Shown here one piece after another: positions 27,079-40,811 of a stretch of 64,000 nt of DNA; within the stretch, counting starts at the first letter, position 1; the number at the start of each line of letters is the position of its first letter. The stretch lies in the NCBI GenBank assembly GCA_965644295.1, contig CBFFRP010000292.1, forward strand, positions 62,001 through 126,000, in the 5' to 3' direction. The DNA comes from Paraphysomonas bandaiensis. Its lineage: Eukaryota > Protista > Chrysophyceae. The notes under the pieces were generated by a model. That model saw only the letters and a list, made by a program, of their open reading frames with translations, was not told the DNA's origin and did not search any database. The translations under genes were made by a program, and so were the position numbers.

Positions 27079-27775
27079 CTTATCCGGGATAGTCCATGTG
27101 ATACTCTAATAAATATCCATATTTAAATTTTGATTCGTTGGGTATCCTTGTGTATTGCTTATGGACCGATAACATATTTTTACTGTTTACTGAGTAGTGA
27201 ATCACGAAATGTGCATGATAACTACAGACAATGGATTCTTTTTGAGGGAACAAGTATTCATTAGTGCGTGCGTAAAGTGTTTAAAGAATAAAAATTATAA
27301 GGATCAGGGTACATATGATTACATATGTACGTATGTACACCTCAGATTGGAATCAGTATTGATGTGTTAATCAATATTTACGCTTTATTATTGCCTTTTA
27401 CTTTTTGTAAGCAATTAAAAGCTGTATTTCTAAGGTAATTGAATTATGACCGCTACTTGAAGAATACAGTAGTTGTTACTAGGTTAACAGTAGTACATGA
27501 CTAATATACGAAATGAATAATGATAGCGAAACTGAAATACTACTTTGACCGAGAAGATCGTCTCAATATAAGATCAGATAATATTGATTGGTAATTGAGA
27601 GATTATAATTGTAGGAGGATCTATATTGGGCCTAATCAATTCGGTGTGATTTCTAGTCACACAAAAAGTAGCGAATTGTAGTGATTTCCTAATTGTAGCG
27701 AATATCAATGAACAATGAGAGAAGTCGATTATAATTGAACATTGAGTGCACAACGTTTATAGTTAATTAAAAGTT

Positions 27776-27831
27776 TAGTATGTCTAGCATTCAACTAGCC
27801 ACTATTTTGGTGCAGGTTTTTAACGCCTATT
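27776..27831 (+). repeat. Family A repeat, short terminal copy (inverted relative to 19.7 kb)
   Basis: TGTCTAGCATTCAACTAGCCACTATTTTGGTGCAGGTTTTTAACGCCTATT is the reverse complement of the 19.7/56.6 kb terminus, with a few changes. Confidence 0.85.
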
Positions 27832-28147
27832 ATTGACAATTGACCATTTTCAGATGATTAAGATCGTTGTAAGAGAAGTTTAAGTTAGTCAAACTAGATA
27901 GATTACTTTATTATGATTGTATACACAATTGTATGTGTTGTCATGTAACACATGTCAACAACATGATAAATTATTTCGTTCATGTCAACCACTGCTCAAC
28001 TTCCGTATCTTGAATAGTCATGATATATTACTTCAGTTTCACAGTTATAGCTATATAGCACCTTTGACTATTGACTACGTATTACTGTTTTTCACATTGT
28101 ATTTAACGTATTCTACAGTACTATCTTAGAGAACCATACGTATTCCA

Positions 28148-28182
28148 ACACCTATTGCTAAATAATAAGACTTTTCATAATA
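28148..28182 (+). repeat. Family A extreme terminus + tail + flank
   Basis: CCTATTGCTAAATAATAAGACTTTTCATAATA matches the reverse complement of TATATTGAAAGTCTTATTATTAGCAATAGG. Confidence 0.65.
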
Positions 28183-29617
28183 TGATTAAAAGTTGAAACC
28201 ATTCACAATGTTAAGCATAATTGCCCGTCTTGTCAGGAATACAAGTATGTCATAGCGCTTTCAGATATTATCACAAAGAAGCTCTGGGTGTATCCACTTT
28301 TAGGACCAGAACTGCTAGCGAGATACAATTGGACAAACTCAAGGACTGGATTGAGTGTAATGCCTTACATGTATCCCTGTTTGCACCGGTAGATACAATA
28401 TCATGTGGATGGGAATGTTGAACTCGTTTATAAAACAGTATCTGCATAGTAGCACGTTCGGAACCAGGATCACATGATAATGAATGAAGCTCAAATGATA
28501 CTACAGGACTTAGAGCAGTGTCGAAAGGACGGTTCCGCACGCTAGGAGAAAGGACTCTGTCTATGTTGTCGGATTCGGGGATTCGTGGAATTGTGATGCC
28601 ATATTTTTCAAATAATGCCAATCCGAACGGTTGGATGGCTTCAATGGATTGAATTTGTGAGAAATGTAATTACCGAATAGGTGGTTTTAAGTTGACGTTA
28701 CTAAAAGACAGAGTTCTTGCTGAATTGCTTTATAAGAGTGAAAGTAAAAGTACATTGTGATGCTGCAGGGATGTGACGTAACAGAATGGATATCACCAAT
28801 ACTGATATTTTTCTATACAAGTAATAATCTCCTCAATATAGGTACTAGCGATAAGCATCAGCAAGCAAGCTACTCTAGTATGTGTGTAGGAATCGATTGT
28901 ATATAAACTCTCCTGTAATATTCTTGAAGTATTAATTCGAAGTCCTGCTGGTTATGATCTTCTACATATGACGAAGGATGGAATATAACTTGGAGTGCTT
29001 GATTATTCGCTTTTGAAAGTTGACTCATCATTTCATTTTCCCTAAAATTGTGTGATATGAAGAAATCACATACAAATGGCTGTCAATATCATAACCATTT
29101 ATAGAAGAGTGTTTCTGTTCAAAGTTCAAACCGAATATTGAAGTTGAATGTCTATGTTTTCATATTTACGCGGTTCCAATATGAGCGCTCTCTGGAACCC
29201 AATTCAGGTCGAACAATACTCCTCTTGGGACAAAATGGCGACAAGATTATATATTAATATATCTGAGACATTAAATTGTAAAACTCTTGTAGTTTACAAG
29301 CAGCTCCGCACTATCACGGAGCCCGACAGGAGGTGGTGGGACTTTTATCCTATCATATTATCAAAATAGTTTAAAATAACTTCTTAATTCCAAGTCTCGT
29401 AAATATACGAAATCTCATTATAACTATACATACAATTACTATTGGTTGAAAACTAACTGCAATACTGTTAACAATGATTCATAGTACCCGATTACTATGA
29501 AGAAAATATCTACAATGTATGGAGTTATAAAAGCAATCTTGAATGTCGTGGTCGATTGTATCAAAACGCGATTAGTGGTTTCTATGTGTAGATAAAAGGA
29601 AAGCAAGTAATGCAGTA

Positions 29618-31161
29618 TTACGTCTGTTGACCATTAGACTCAACACTCTCTCCAGTAAGTTCCCGCCCCCCGAGACCCATAGCACCATCATCTGTGTTCG
29701 ATGGGGCGTCAATAAGATTGAACCGACTGCCAACCTTCTTGAGCTTACGCTCTTCTGCAAAGTTTTTGCGGTAATTGTCCGTGACCACACTGAGGTTAGA
29801 GCTACTGGCAGAGTTGTTGCGTGTCTCTTCGACAATCCACCGGTGCGACAGAGCTTCAGCAGCACAGAGGCGCTTGGATGGTTTCACAGTCAACAAACCT
29901 ACACATTCCATCCGTGAGTTCAATTACATGTAATGAATAACGGCACGCACTCTTTACAAAGTCCTTGGCTGGGGAGCTAACGATTGCCCAGACCCCACTA
30001 CTTAAGTCATAGTCAGCTCTCTGGATCTTCTGAAAGAGAACTTTTTCCTTGCGGCACTTTCTGTTAGCAGAGAACGAATTAGTGGAGTTGGACAGCCCTA
30101 GCCCTAATCGAATAGAATACAGTACTTACTTGAGGGAGAATGCGGGTTCCCCGGCCAACATCTCATACGCGATGCAGCCAAGTGACCACATATCTACCTG
30201 TGGACCATACGCACGATTTATAAGTTCCGGTGCGAAATATTCCTTGGTTCCCCATAGTTCCCGGCATTTGGAGTATTTCTTACGTTTAACGCTTGAGTCC
30301 GCATCATATCCGTCTTCTCCGATTCGGCATATAGCGGAGAGTCCAAAGTCAGCAATCTTGACCTCCAGCACTGTTCCCACCCGCTGTAAAAGGATATTTT
30401 CGACTTTAAGGTCGCGATGAATAATACCCAGGGAGTGAAGGTAATGTACGCCATGGAGCATCTACAAACATCATCCGAAGCGTTAGCATTTCCCACCTGA
30501 AACATCCAGTGAAACTCAGTACCTGCTTGATATGACGGGCAGCCTGGGTCTCGCTGTAATCCGTGGTATCCATCAAGAACTGATGAAGAGACCCGCCACG
30601 GACGAGTTCGAGGATAATCCAGAAGCACTTAGGAGACTGCATAATACGTGTCAGAATGGCTGACACAGGCTAACAGCTTCTAGTTACCTCGTAGAGCTCA
30701 TACATACAAACAATGTGCCTATGTCGCACGCGTTTCATGATCTCAATCTCAGTCATCATACTCTCCATATCATTCATGGTATCATTTTTCTCCACGACTT
30801 TCAGGGCATATTTTTCACAGGTGTGTCGGTTAGTCACCTTGAGAACATATCCAGAAGCTCCTTTGCCAAGAGTGGGCCCGAAGTCATATGTCTCCTTCAC
30901 AACTTTATCTGTTATATCGTGTCTAATATCCAGTTTCCTTCTAGCCACCTCAGCCAACAATTCCTCGTCGCTCGCTTCTCCCAGCGGTGTCAACATCGCA
31001 CCGGCAGGGTCTACCGAGAATGATGTCGATATCATGGAGTGTACCTTAATATCAGTATTCTTCGACACCGAACCTCTCCGCTGTGGTAAATTGATATCAC
31101 CGGTTCCACTGGTATCAAACTTATCTTCATTGTTGTACTTTGACTGCGCTCCGCCCCCCAT
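29618..31161 (-). CDS. CAMK-group Ser/Thr protein kinase, probable N-myristoylation
   Basis: LGKGASGYV, YALK, HRDLKVEN, DFG, GTKEYFAPE, DMWSLG. N-terminus MGGGAQS. Four introns. Confidence 0.93.
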
Positions 31162-31770
31162 TACGTATTAAAAATACCAGTTAATCTAATTATTATCTAT
31201 ACGACCTGTCAACAATGCGTGGACAGGCACTTGATTTCAGGGAGGAACATACAATCGATCACAATATGAATAGACTGTGGAATATTGCGCTAATCAGATG
31301 CACATATACACCACGTAGTGGCAATGCATATAATGGTGTTGTGGACAAGATGGTCCCTTATGGTGGTTCTGGTTGAGTGGAGTGCTTTTTGTTTGTTGGG
31401 ATTCGTTGAGCCCACACACATAAATTACGTCATGAAACGAACTAAAAAAACATGATTGATGGGGAACTTCCCTCAGAGGGATGACACCACCATCAGCAGA
31501 CAGGAGATCTCCTATAAGTTATAGTCTCCTGTAGATCACCAGCAGCAGCCTCCTTCATCAAAAACATATGTGAATATAGGCATCGGTAGCGTGCGTACAC
31601 TATACGGTATACCGGTATACACTGCACTTATACTTATAATGTATAGCAGTGGGCAGCATATCATAGTCTAGTTCCCACAGAGCGAAGTGCAGTGGACATT
31701 CATGTGGGTTCATCATTCGCCTTGTACGTAATAAGTCATTCTCTGTTTAGAATAGCTGACTGAAAGAGTG

Positions 31771-33490
31771 ATGAACTCTGCGAGGACCGCATGTAAGACA
31801 CCTGATCATTTTATTGACGGCAGTAATCATGACATCATTCCTTCATAGGGAAAAAAGATATTGTTGGCGCAATATATCACCACAGGGACTGCATAGGTCA
31901 TTGTATCAATGGACATTCTGAAAGTCCTGCTCGTGTAGCTTCTATCCTGCAAGAGCTTCGCAAGTATTGGCCGGAATCTGTTTTCCGCGAAGCTCCAATG
32001 GCAACTGATGGGCAAATCCTTCTTTATCACACCGAAGAACACCTTAACCATTTGGGTGAACTTTTCAATAGAGCTGAAGAATCGCACACTAAACAGAGGA
32101 TTGATGGCGACACTGAAGTAATGCATAACACCCGAAATGCTGTTTATAGGGCTACAGGGTCAGTTATAGCTGCTGTGGATCACACTTTCCTACCGATCAC
32201 GGATCCCCTTAGCATTAGGTATTGAGCATTCGTTGTTGTTTTGTATGTAATACCTCATGTTGTTGTTTTGTGTGTATAGGACAGCGTTTTGTTGTGTTCG
32301 TCCCCCTGGACACCACGCTGAGCAGAATCGGGCGATGGGTTTCTGCTTTGTAAATGGTGCTGCTGTAGCGGCCCAGCACGCACGTACCTGCTATGGAATA
32401 GATAGGGTAGCCGTATTGGTAAGTATGATACGTGTTAGATATTGTGCTCGATTTAACCGGAGTATAGGACTTTGACGTTCATCATGGAAATGGTACAGAG
32501 CAAGGTTTTAGGGCAGATTCCTCTGGGTGCCTCTTTTATGGCTCCACGCAGGAGATGGGAAATTATCCAGGGACAGGCGACCAACCTCCCCTTGCACCTG
32601 TGAGTAATGAGGAGATGGATGTCATGCGGGACCGTCTTGGAGAGAAAAACTTTGAGTTGCTCTGGGGAAAAGAAGGGTCCCTAGAGGTGGCGGAGGATGC
32701 AGAGGACAGGCGAGTAGTCAACAGGGAGATCATTGGTGGTCGGGGGTCTAGAGAGGAGTTCAGGCGCAGATGGAGAGAGGTAATATACGAGATGGTGAGG
32801 TTTAACCCACAACTTGTGATTATTTCGGCGGGGTTTGATGCCCATATTAGAGACCCCCTTGGTGGGATGCAGCTCGAGGAGGAAGACTACAAATGGGCGA
32901 CAGAACTGGTGATGGACGCGTGCAAGTGGTGTGCTCAGCAGCAGGGGTCCGCTGTACCTTGCATCTCGGTACTGGAAGGTGGATACGACCTCTTGGCAAT
33001 TTCTCGATCGGCAGCAGTTCATGTAAAAGCGTTGTTCGAAAAGGCACTGGAACATACCGAAAGTGAAGCACCGTGTAAGGCACTGGAACACACCGAAAGT
33101 GAAGCAAACAACGATGATGCGCAGGTGGAAGAGCAGGACGAAAGTCACATTGAAGACGAAACTTCTGTGGGATGTAACAATATAGAGGAGAAGAGCAATG
33201 AAAGTATTGCTGATGTTTGGGAGGATGACAAAGACAAAGTAGATGGCGTTCTCAGTTTGGATGATGTGTTAGCGTCTCTTGATGTGTCCATTAACAGTCT
33301 TATGCTCTCCGCGCTTATGAGCAATACGACAACGGCTGGGCTTGCTGACAGCGTTTCCGGGGATGATGTCAACTGCAAACCATCATTAGGTAGCACTGAC
33401 TCATCAGATGCACTGGTGCCAGAGGAAGTTCAAGTCAGTGAGCCGCTAGTGAATAATGCCGTAGATGAAGATGAGAGAGGCGGCCTATAG
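31771..33490 (+). CDS. Histone deacetylase family protein (class II/bacterial-like) with acidic tail
   Basis: [39 protein letters not shown] and LEGGY are all intact after splicing. The ATG at 31771 is inferred from intron phase. Confidence 0.92.
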
Positions 33491-35056
33491 AGATATACTT
33501 TAGGTCGTCATACTATTCGCAGTTTGTACTCTATGCCTCCACTTTGAATACCCGTGTACTTTTCTTGTAACACGCTATATGTTTCGTTTGTTGACGTTAT
33601 TTGCTTTATAGTCTATTGAGTGCGTACAATTCGAATTGTCTACATCATAAAGAATGCGTTTTTACAAGTAATTCGTTTGCGATTATACACAGTTATTAAG
33701 ATGAGATTATGATACTCAGGCGAACTCACCCTGTTTGTTTCACACCGAAAAGAGCTCGTATATTATATATTGCAGCAGTACACAAATAGCTAGTAAAAGA
33801 ATAAAACTTAAATCATACTCAGTAGATAGCACTGCCGTAATTAAAGTATTTCCGAATAGAGTGTATATTGTAAATGAAGGCTTTAGTTTTTCAACGACAA
33901 TATTCAGCTAATAGTAGTATATATCTTCGTAGTACGTAGTATATAGCGAAAGTCTATCGGTGTATATCGAATATCGAGACGTCAAGTACGTACTAATTCG
34001 TATGGATTACAATACCATGTCTCGCTGTCCCCCATCCGCCCCAAGTCCGTCACTTCGGCCGTCCCAAAGAAAAATTAAAGCTGATTCTTGCAATATTGAA
34101 TCTCACTCTACTTTCAGCCATTACAAGTAGTTCTAGTAATATGTAAATTGCAGATCATAGTAGTACTGGCTCAACTACCACACTTTCGAAAACAATAGTC
34201 GGGATTTGATAAATCTACTAGTAGGCTCATGTTGTGCTTTCCCCACGCCATACACTAGTGTTTTGTAATCATCTATAAATTAAGTATAGATTGTTTAAAT
34301 CTAGCGAGTGCCGTGCTCGGTATTACCACAATGAGTATAAGATGTTTCAAACACTCATACAAAATGTAGACCTTCATATACACACATGACAGAACGAGGG
34401 CTACAATAACCTACGCTACCGCCCCCTTTGCATTATACTCTATACAAAACGCTCATTCAGAATAAGGAACCTGCATACTATGAACCGTGTAAATGATATT
34501 GCTCAATACTAGTCGTACGGTTGAAAGGTTTTCGGGTGGAGTTCTAAGATAGTTATTGACCGTTTGGAATATCTTTTCAAGATCAAACGATCGAATGATA
34601 GGTATGAATAAACACTATCCAACTCAAGCACGAAAATCTTTGAAACTTATTCACTGAGAGACTCTTTCACGACACTGTTGAACTCACTAAGCTGGCCAAT
34701 ATCTTCTACTAGGCTGTAACGCTGATGGATGATCATCGACCACATTGGGATAAACCGTATGAGCAAAGGTAGAACGAGAACTGAAGCATTGTTGTGACTA
34801 TACAGGATTCACAATGTAGAAGTGGATTAAGATTTCGATGTCACCAGCAGCAGATAGTATCCCTGTTTTGTAGTTGTGGGCTCTTTTTTTTATGTTGTTG
34901 TATATGGTTGCGTAGCATACAGAGTGGTATACGTACAGCAGTAGATACAACATCAGGGGACGATACTGTAACAAACTCATCACAGATTAGTTCACGGAGT
35001 AGGTAATTTCCCTCATTGAACGTTAGGGTATATATCAATTGGTAAGTTGAGAAGTG

Positions 35057-36017
35057 ATGGCAACCAAAATCGACGTTGTGGAGGTAATCAATCTCTACTA
35101 TTTATTATCGTACTGATTGGAGCTATACACATATAGGTCACACCGACATTTTTTGCTAATTCCGGTTTATCTGAGTATGACAGTAATGTAACTCCTGTGG
35201 GATATAGTATACAGGGCGATACTATGCAAATAGTTACTATTCCTGTTGCACCAGGTGAGAGCATACAGTGCGAGCCAGGAACGATGTGCTATTCGTCCAA
35301 AGATATGCAAGCTACAGTGAAATTAGGTGGTCTTGGAAGGTTGATCTCCGGTGAAGGACTTTTTAAAGCAATATACAAAAATAAGGGTGGAGAACAAGGG
35401 TTTATTGCATTGACACCAAATACCCCCGCAACTATTATCCCGATTGACTTGGACGCACTTGGTGGATCTATAAAATGTAAACACGACGCCTTCATGGCTT
35501 CTATTAATCCGGATGTGAAAGTAACTATTAGCATTATTAATTCCAACTCCTGTCTTGCCTGCTGCTGCTCTGGCATGGATGTGTTTATGCAAGACGTGAG
35601 GGGGACTGGCATTATGTTCCTTCAGGCCCATGGTACAATCATGGAAAAGGAGCTCCAGCCCAACGAAGAGATTGTGGTGGATACTAACTGGTGTGTGCGT
35701 TATTCAATCTGTTGCTGTGCTATCTGCGATATTGATTATGTTGTTTTTCAGTGTGGTAGCTGTCGGGAGTAGCGTGACCGTTGATGTGGTAATGACGGGA
35801 GGATGCTCAGTAATGTGCTGTTCGGGTGAAGGGTACGTACCGTATGACTCATGTTGTACTTCTATTACTTGTGCTGATGAATGTGTTTAGGTGCTTCAAT
35901 ACGACCCTCAGAGGACCAGGGCGGATAATTCTTTCATCCATGCCTATCGAGAAGTTACGCGCCCTCTTCCCCCGCCCTGCACCGCGTGGCAAAAAAGATA
36001 AGAAACAAGAATCGTAA
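35057..36017 (+). CDS. AIM24/TRAP-like (DUF124) protein
   Basis: YSIQGDTMQIV....PGESIQCEPGTM, SGEGLF, Q...GTG..FL...G, VVDT, GEG.F.T.L.GPG...LSSMP. Three introns. Confidence 0.88.
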
Positions 36018-36454
36018 TAAAGTGAACAGCTCTGCCCTATTCTTTGTTTTTTGCGCTGTTGAAAGTGATGAATAGGTACGGATGCACTTCAATTTGGATT
36101 TTATGTTAGGTACTAAGTATAATTGCCAAGTAGTAGATAGCCGTTCCAGCTTTGGTCATTAATAATAAAAAATTCGTTTCGGGCATTAATTCTAATGTCA
36201 AAAGAATATAATATAGACCATACTGTTCTCTTTAATGTGTCTGCAAATATGGGCGGAGTCCTATCCGCTCTCCTGTTTCTTGCAAGAAATTAGACTGAGA
36301 AATTGACATGCATAGTAAAGGATTAACCATTTTAAAGTACTAAATATTCTTCCATCATTATACATTATACTACATAGTATCATATTCCAATCATCTTCGC
36401 TTAAATAATTATTCAATATTTTCTAATTCTCTCCTAGACACCGCTTTCGATGGC

Positions 36455-37750
36455 TCTTATACCCAGTGGTTTTGTACAAATATTTGCAGCTTGCTCACTA
36501 GCCGTAAAATAATCGTTATGGTTTATTTTTAACAGTTTGAAACCTTATGATACACTGATTCATGTAGTAAATCACTAGCACTCTGACTATCCAGAAAAAA
36601 AATCGACTTACCGCACTCCTAGCTCGGTTAAAGTCCTCAAAGCTACATAACTTTCTGCATCCCCACATGTATGGATGATATCGACAAAGTGGCTTGAAAA
36701 ATAGATTCGTCTATCAGTGGTTCTCCCGAAGCAACATAATGTACCGAGTAGTGGATCGGCAAGGCACTATATCACCAGCCCAATCTTCAGCAGTAAAGAT
36801 GTGTAAGCCAAACTGTCTCCACAAAACCGTATTTATTTTCAAATAGATGAGTCATTTGATTACAAAAAGATGAGTCATTTGATTACAGGTGGCAGAGACG
36901 ACTCAGCAGCATGCGGAGATAACAACCCAACAGCACACGGGCATCTCGTGGCGTAGTCGTTGTTTGGTTTAAAATTGCCCTTAACGAATAATTATCTACG
37001 CCCTCTTGCGCAGCTATGGGGGCATCTGGGTATACTACAGCAGTACCCATGCGGTGATACAACATTGGATATCATCGCGTATATAGATTCTTTCAGACGC
37101 AATTCTTAATAAAGTTTTTTAAATTCTATTAACAAGTGTCTTCTCCGCATACTTTACTTGGTCTAATTGAACGTACTCCTTCTCATGAATCCCTCGAATA
37201 TCACGAAATGTTCGATTTCTCCCTTATCTGTCCTGCCGAATAGATCTCTGCAATCATCCACGTATATGGCCAGGTACATACAGTGTTCCCAATACATAAC
37301 ATAATATAAGCAAGTGCGGATGCATATATTACGCTTTTGTTGATATCATCTTTGATAGTGTTGGTGACTGATATCATGTTCACCAATATCAGTTTTCCAT
37401 CAAATATAACGTCTGTTTGTTCCAATAAAGTAGGCTTCTTAACAGTAGTGGGAGCATCAGTGCACTATCGAACCACAATACCTCTGCTGCAAAAGTGTCA
37501 TGCGTGGCTATGATAACAATGAGATATTTATTGAAGTGTGTTGACAATATCGACAGCACACACAAGGGATTTATGACTTCCGAATTCGTCAAATGGCAGC
37601 AACTGAAGGGTAACTTTCAGCATGCGTAAACGTTACCATGGATCGTAGCACTTCGTAGTGCTTCTTTAAAGCGTATGTTATCCCATTGCAGCATTTTCTC
37701 ACTTCTCCATCATGAGAATCACCATACCATGCAATGGATGCTGACATTCT
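36455..37750 (-). mobile_element. Decayed Ty1/copia RT-RNaseH relic
   Basis: Minus strand reads LAIYVDD (about 37253-37273), CAVGLLS, EDWAGDIVPCRSTTRYIMLL, TCGDAESYVAL and EQAANICTKPLG. Frameshifted, with stops. Confidence 0.88.
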
Positions 37751-38002
37751 TCAAGTGCTGTCGTAGCTAGTTATTCTTTTTTTTACTCTTGTGCTATCGA
37801 AAAATTCATTGTTTTTAGATAAACACGATATAAACTCCAGAAATACAAAGTCTAAGCTAAAAAATAGCCTTTATAGACACACCTAAAAAAAATAGCAGTG
37901 TGCAGCTACACCTACAGTACATAGAGTCTAACGACACATGGAACTTACTTACTTCTCTCACAACTCATACTGGCAGTAGCTCCATTGTCCCACTGTGATG
38001 TA

Positions 38003-39389
38003 ATGGGCGCCGAAGCTTGTAGAAGGAGTAAATTACTGGTTGTTGCAATCAGTTTAAGCTGCTTGTTATCATGCATATCCTTCACCTTAAACATCGAACA
38101 AGAGTTTGGAGGGCCTCTTAAAGTTTTGAAGATTTCTGAAATTCAGCTTTTCAATCAGGTAACACTCTTATCAGTGATTAATAGCGAGTAACGCTGCCTT
38201 AATTCAGGGTTCAGTTCTATTGCCGAATATACTTCATGTGGAGGGAATTGGATTCTATGAGCCGAACAGCACTAAACGATGTGTAGACGGTGATATCACC
38301 TCTCACTGTGAAGTCATGAGCACCGATGACATACACTTTCCTGCTATTCGTATAGACAGCGCTGGTCTTTACTTTGATAAAATTATTGTTCATAGTCACG
38401 GCAAATCAACGTTTGGAGCACGATTAACACTGGCTCAGAATGACCTCGTATTCTGGAGCTACGCTATATCTGAACACACTTCTGTTCACGTGTTTGACAT
38501 TCAGAATGAGGCCCAACTTAACTTTCCGATTAAGATAGTGGACACTTTTGCATATAATGGTGAACCGGTGGCAGCGTTTCATGTTGAGCACCTGTTTCCA
38601 GTGGTCAATGAGTTCGTTATTGTAGAGTCTCGATATACGCTTAGTGGGAAGCTTAAAGATGATCTGTACTTTGAAAGGGATTATATTAGAGAGAAGTTTA
38701 CTCCCTTTATATCCAAGATACGATATGTGACTATCGATGAATTTCCACCCCGTCCGAATGACTGGTTTGACCCAGAGGATCACGGTTGGATGAGCCTCCC
38801 TTCGCATGATGCGTTCTGGCGAGAGCACTACCAACGAGCGTATGTCAAGCGCTATTTAAACCAGACGTCTCAGACTATTCTCTTAGTTGTTGACGCGGAT
38901 GAGGTTCCTAATAAAGATGTAGTGGCGAAGTTTCGGGATGAGACCTTATATGACATGTTCCACGCCAAGGTGAGACTCGAAATGTATCTCTTTTACTACA
39001 ACTTCTTGTGGCACAGCCCCAATTTGTGGAAATTGCCATTTGCAGTTAGCGTGCAAGGATTTTTTAAAGAGAAGGAGATGGTATCCGCACGGACGTCTCT
39101 TGGGGGACACATCCAGCTTGTATCACCTGCTGGTTGGCACATGACGTATTTCCTCTCTGTGAATGATATCGTAAGGAAGCTTCAGTCTTTCGCGCATGTG
39201 GAGCTCGACAAACCGGAGAGTATAGATATGAATCACGTACGCGATAGCATTACCAGAGGTGTGGATTTGTTCGATAGAAAGAATGTAGTGTTCAACCTGG
39301 TAGACTTAAATAGTAGTAGAGATCAATTGCCGAACGGCTGGGAGAAGATACATCGAGAAATTATGTGTCAACAAACCGTTGAATGTTAG
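38003..39389 (+). CDS. Glycosyltransferase family 17 (MGAT3/GnT-III-like), type II membrane protein
   Basis: N-terminal TM, intron 38159-38207, YNGE...FVIVES.YT.SG..K..LYF, RE.YQR, DADE.P (DxD), GWH.TYF....I..KL.SF.H.E. Confidence 0.88.
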
Positions 39390-39554
39390 TTATAGGCGCC
39401 TTGCCAGCGGTCACTTTGTAGGTTTATAGTTTATACGCTTACAACTGTATATAATACTTTTTAATAAACATTGTGAATGATAATTATGGAAATATGTCGT
39501 GGGGCCACAAGAGGCGGCCACTAGGACAGCTCGCAAAAGTAAGTAGTGAATGAT

Positions 39555-40410
39555 ATCTTACTATTTAACGCTACGAAGCTGCTTGTGCATCACCGCAAGT
39601 GCCAAGGTGCAACCACTATCGCTCTATCACTCGAAGCAAATGCAGTGAGCAACAAGTAGAATGTTGATATACCTACATTTTCTGACTTCAGGATTGATGA
39701 GTCCTCAAGGTGAACAGCCCGGATGCCTGTTTATTCCTCAAGGCCCAAAGACGTCTACACAAATGACTTTTATACGTGTCCCTGGTCCTTGTACAACACA
39801 ACACACAACCATTTGGCTATGAGTGGGCAGATTTTTATTTGCTTACTATATATGCCGCTCGAGATATATTATTCAACCTAGTCAAATTGGTCGAATTTCC
39901 TAGTCATACTATTTTCGGTGTAAAAACCTAGTCAAAGCAATAAATGACTCAACCTAGCCAATTGAAATATTAGACCTAGTCATGAATTGTACTCGCATAT
40001 AGCTACGCATTACAGAAGCATGAGGTCATAGCAGGTGAAGTAGAACCAAAGCAATATACATCAGGTCAAAACAAAACTAAAGAGCGGTTTATAGTATACA
40101 GCAGCATAGGCAGGACTCCATCGCTCTCTCCAATGCTGAAGTAGGCTGGTAGACCATTCTTTCTCTCAACACAATCTTCATGTATGTCCTTCAGTTAACT
40201 TTGAAAACATCGATGAATCTTGCTCTCTGGGGGTCTATCAGCATCACTTATATTTAGCTATGAATTATAAGGCACAAGGGCACAAGTATGACAACAACAC
40301 GCTACAACCTCTCGCTCATGCCGCTCACGATATTTTCCCAGAGATATCTCCGGTACTTATCCCCCAGAACACGCTCACTGCGAAGAGGTGAGAGTCTACC
40401 TTTTGAAGGT
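39555..40410 (-). repeat. Family A repeat, split copy (39555-39830 and about 40325-40410) separated by about 490 bp of unrelated DNA
   Basis: First part matches the 22.4/56.7 kb cores through GCTATGAGTGGGCAG. TTTCCCAGAG..ATCTCCGGTACTTATCCCCCAGAACAC (about 40334-40371) matches about 56958-56997. Confidence 0.85.
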
Positions 40411-40811
40411 CACAAAAGAAATACTAACAACACATTGAATACTGAATTAACTGATCAAGGTTTCATAGGATAATTGTAACTATAGCGGATTGAATTTTAT
40501 TCATGTAGAATGTAGAGTCTATAACATATTATATATTCATTAGCGATAAAATTTCAATACGAATAGATAAGAGAGCCTGTATAGAAGCTCATTTCAAAGA
40601 TCGAGGCAGTTCTGAGGACTTATAAACATCTGTGATCTGTATTAGCATATTAGCTAGCGAAAGGCCTTCTTTTCTGGCAAGTGTACTATACATCATACAC
40701 ATACCGTTCACAATAAGATGAAAAGGCCGACTATTATATATTAAACTACATTACCACCATTGACAATGAATTGTAATCGCTCTAAGATTCTAATTGGAAG
40801 AGCACAACGTT

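Noticed and set aside
28200-29100. Coding-like decayed sequence next to a family A terminus
   Set aside because: No recognisable motif in the frames I read; needs a translated search.
34300-34790. Possible copia RT trace (SYGLSQCGR, minus strand)
   Set aside because: A single short motif is too weak to call.
39877-39982. CRISPR-like array
   Set aside because: Repeats are only 8 bp, there are no cas genes, and the context is eukaryotic.
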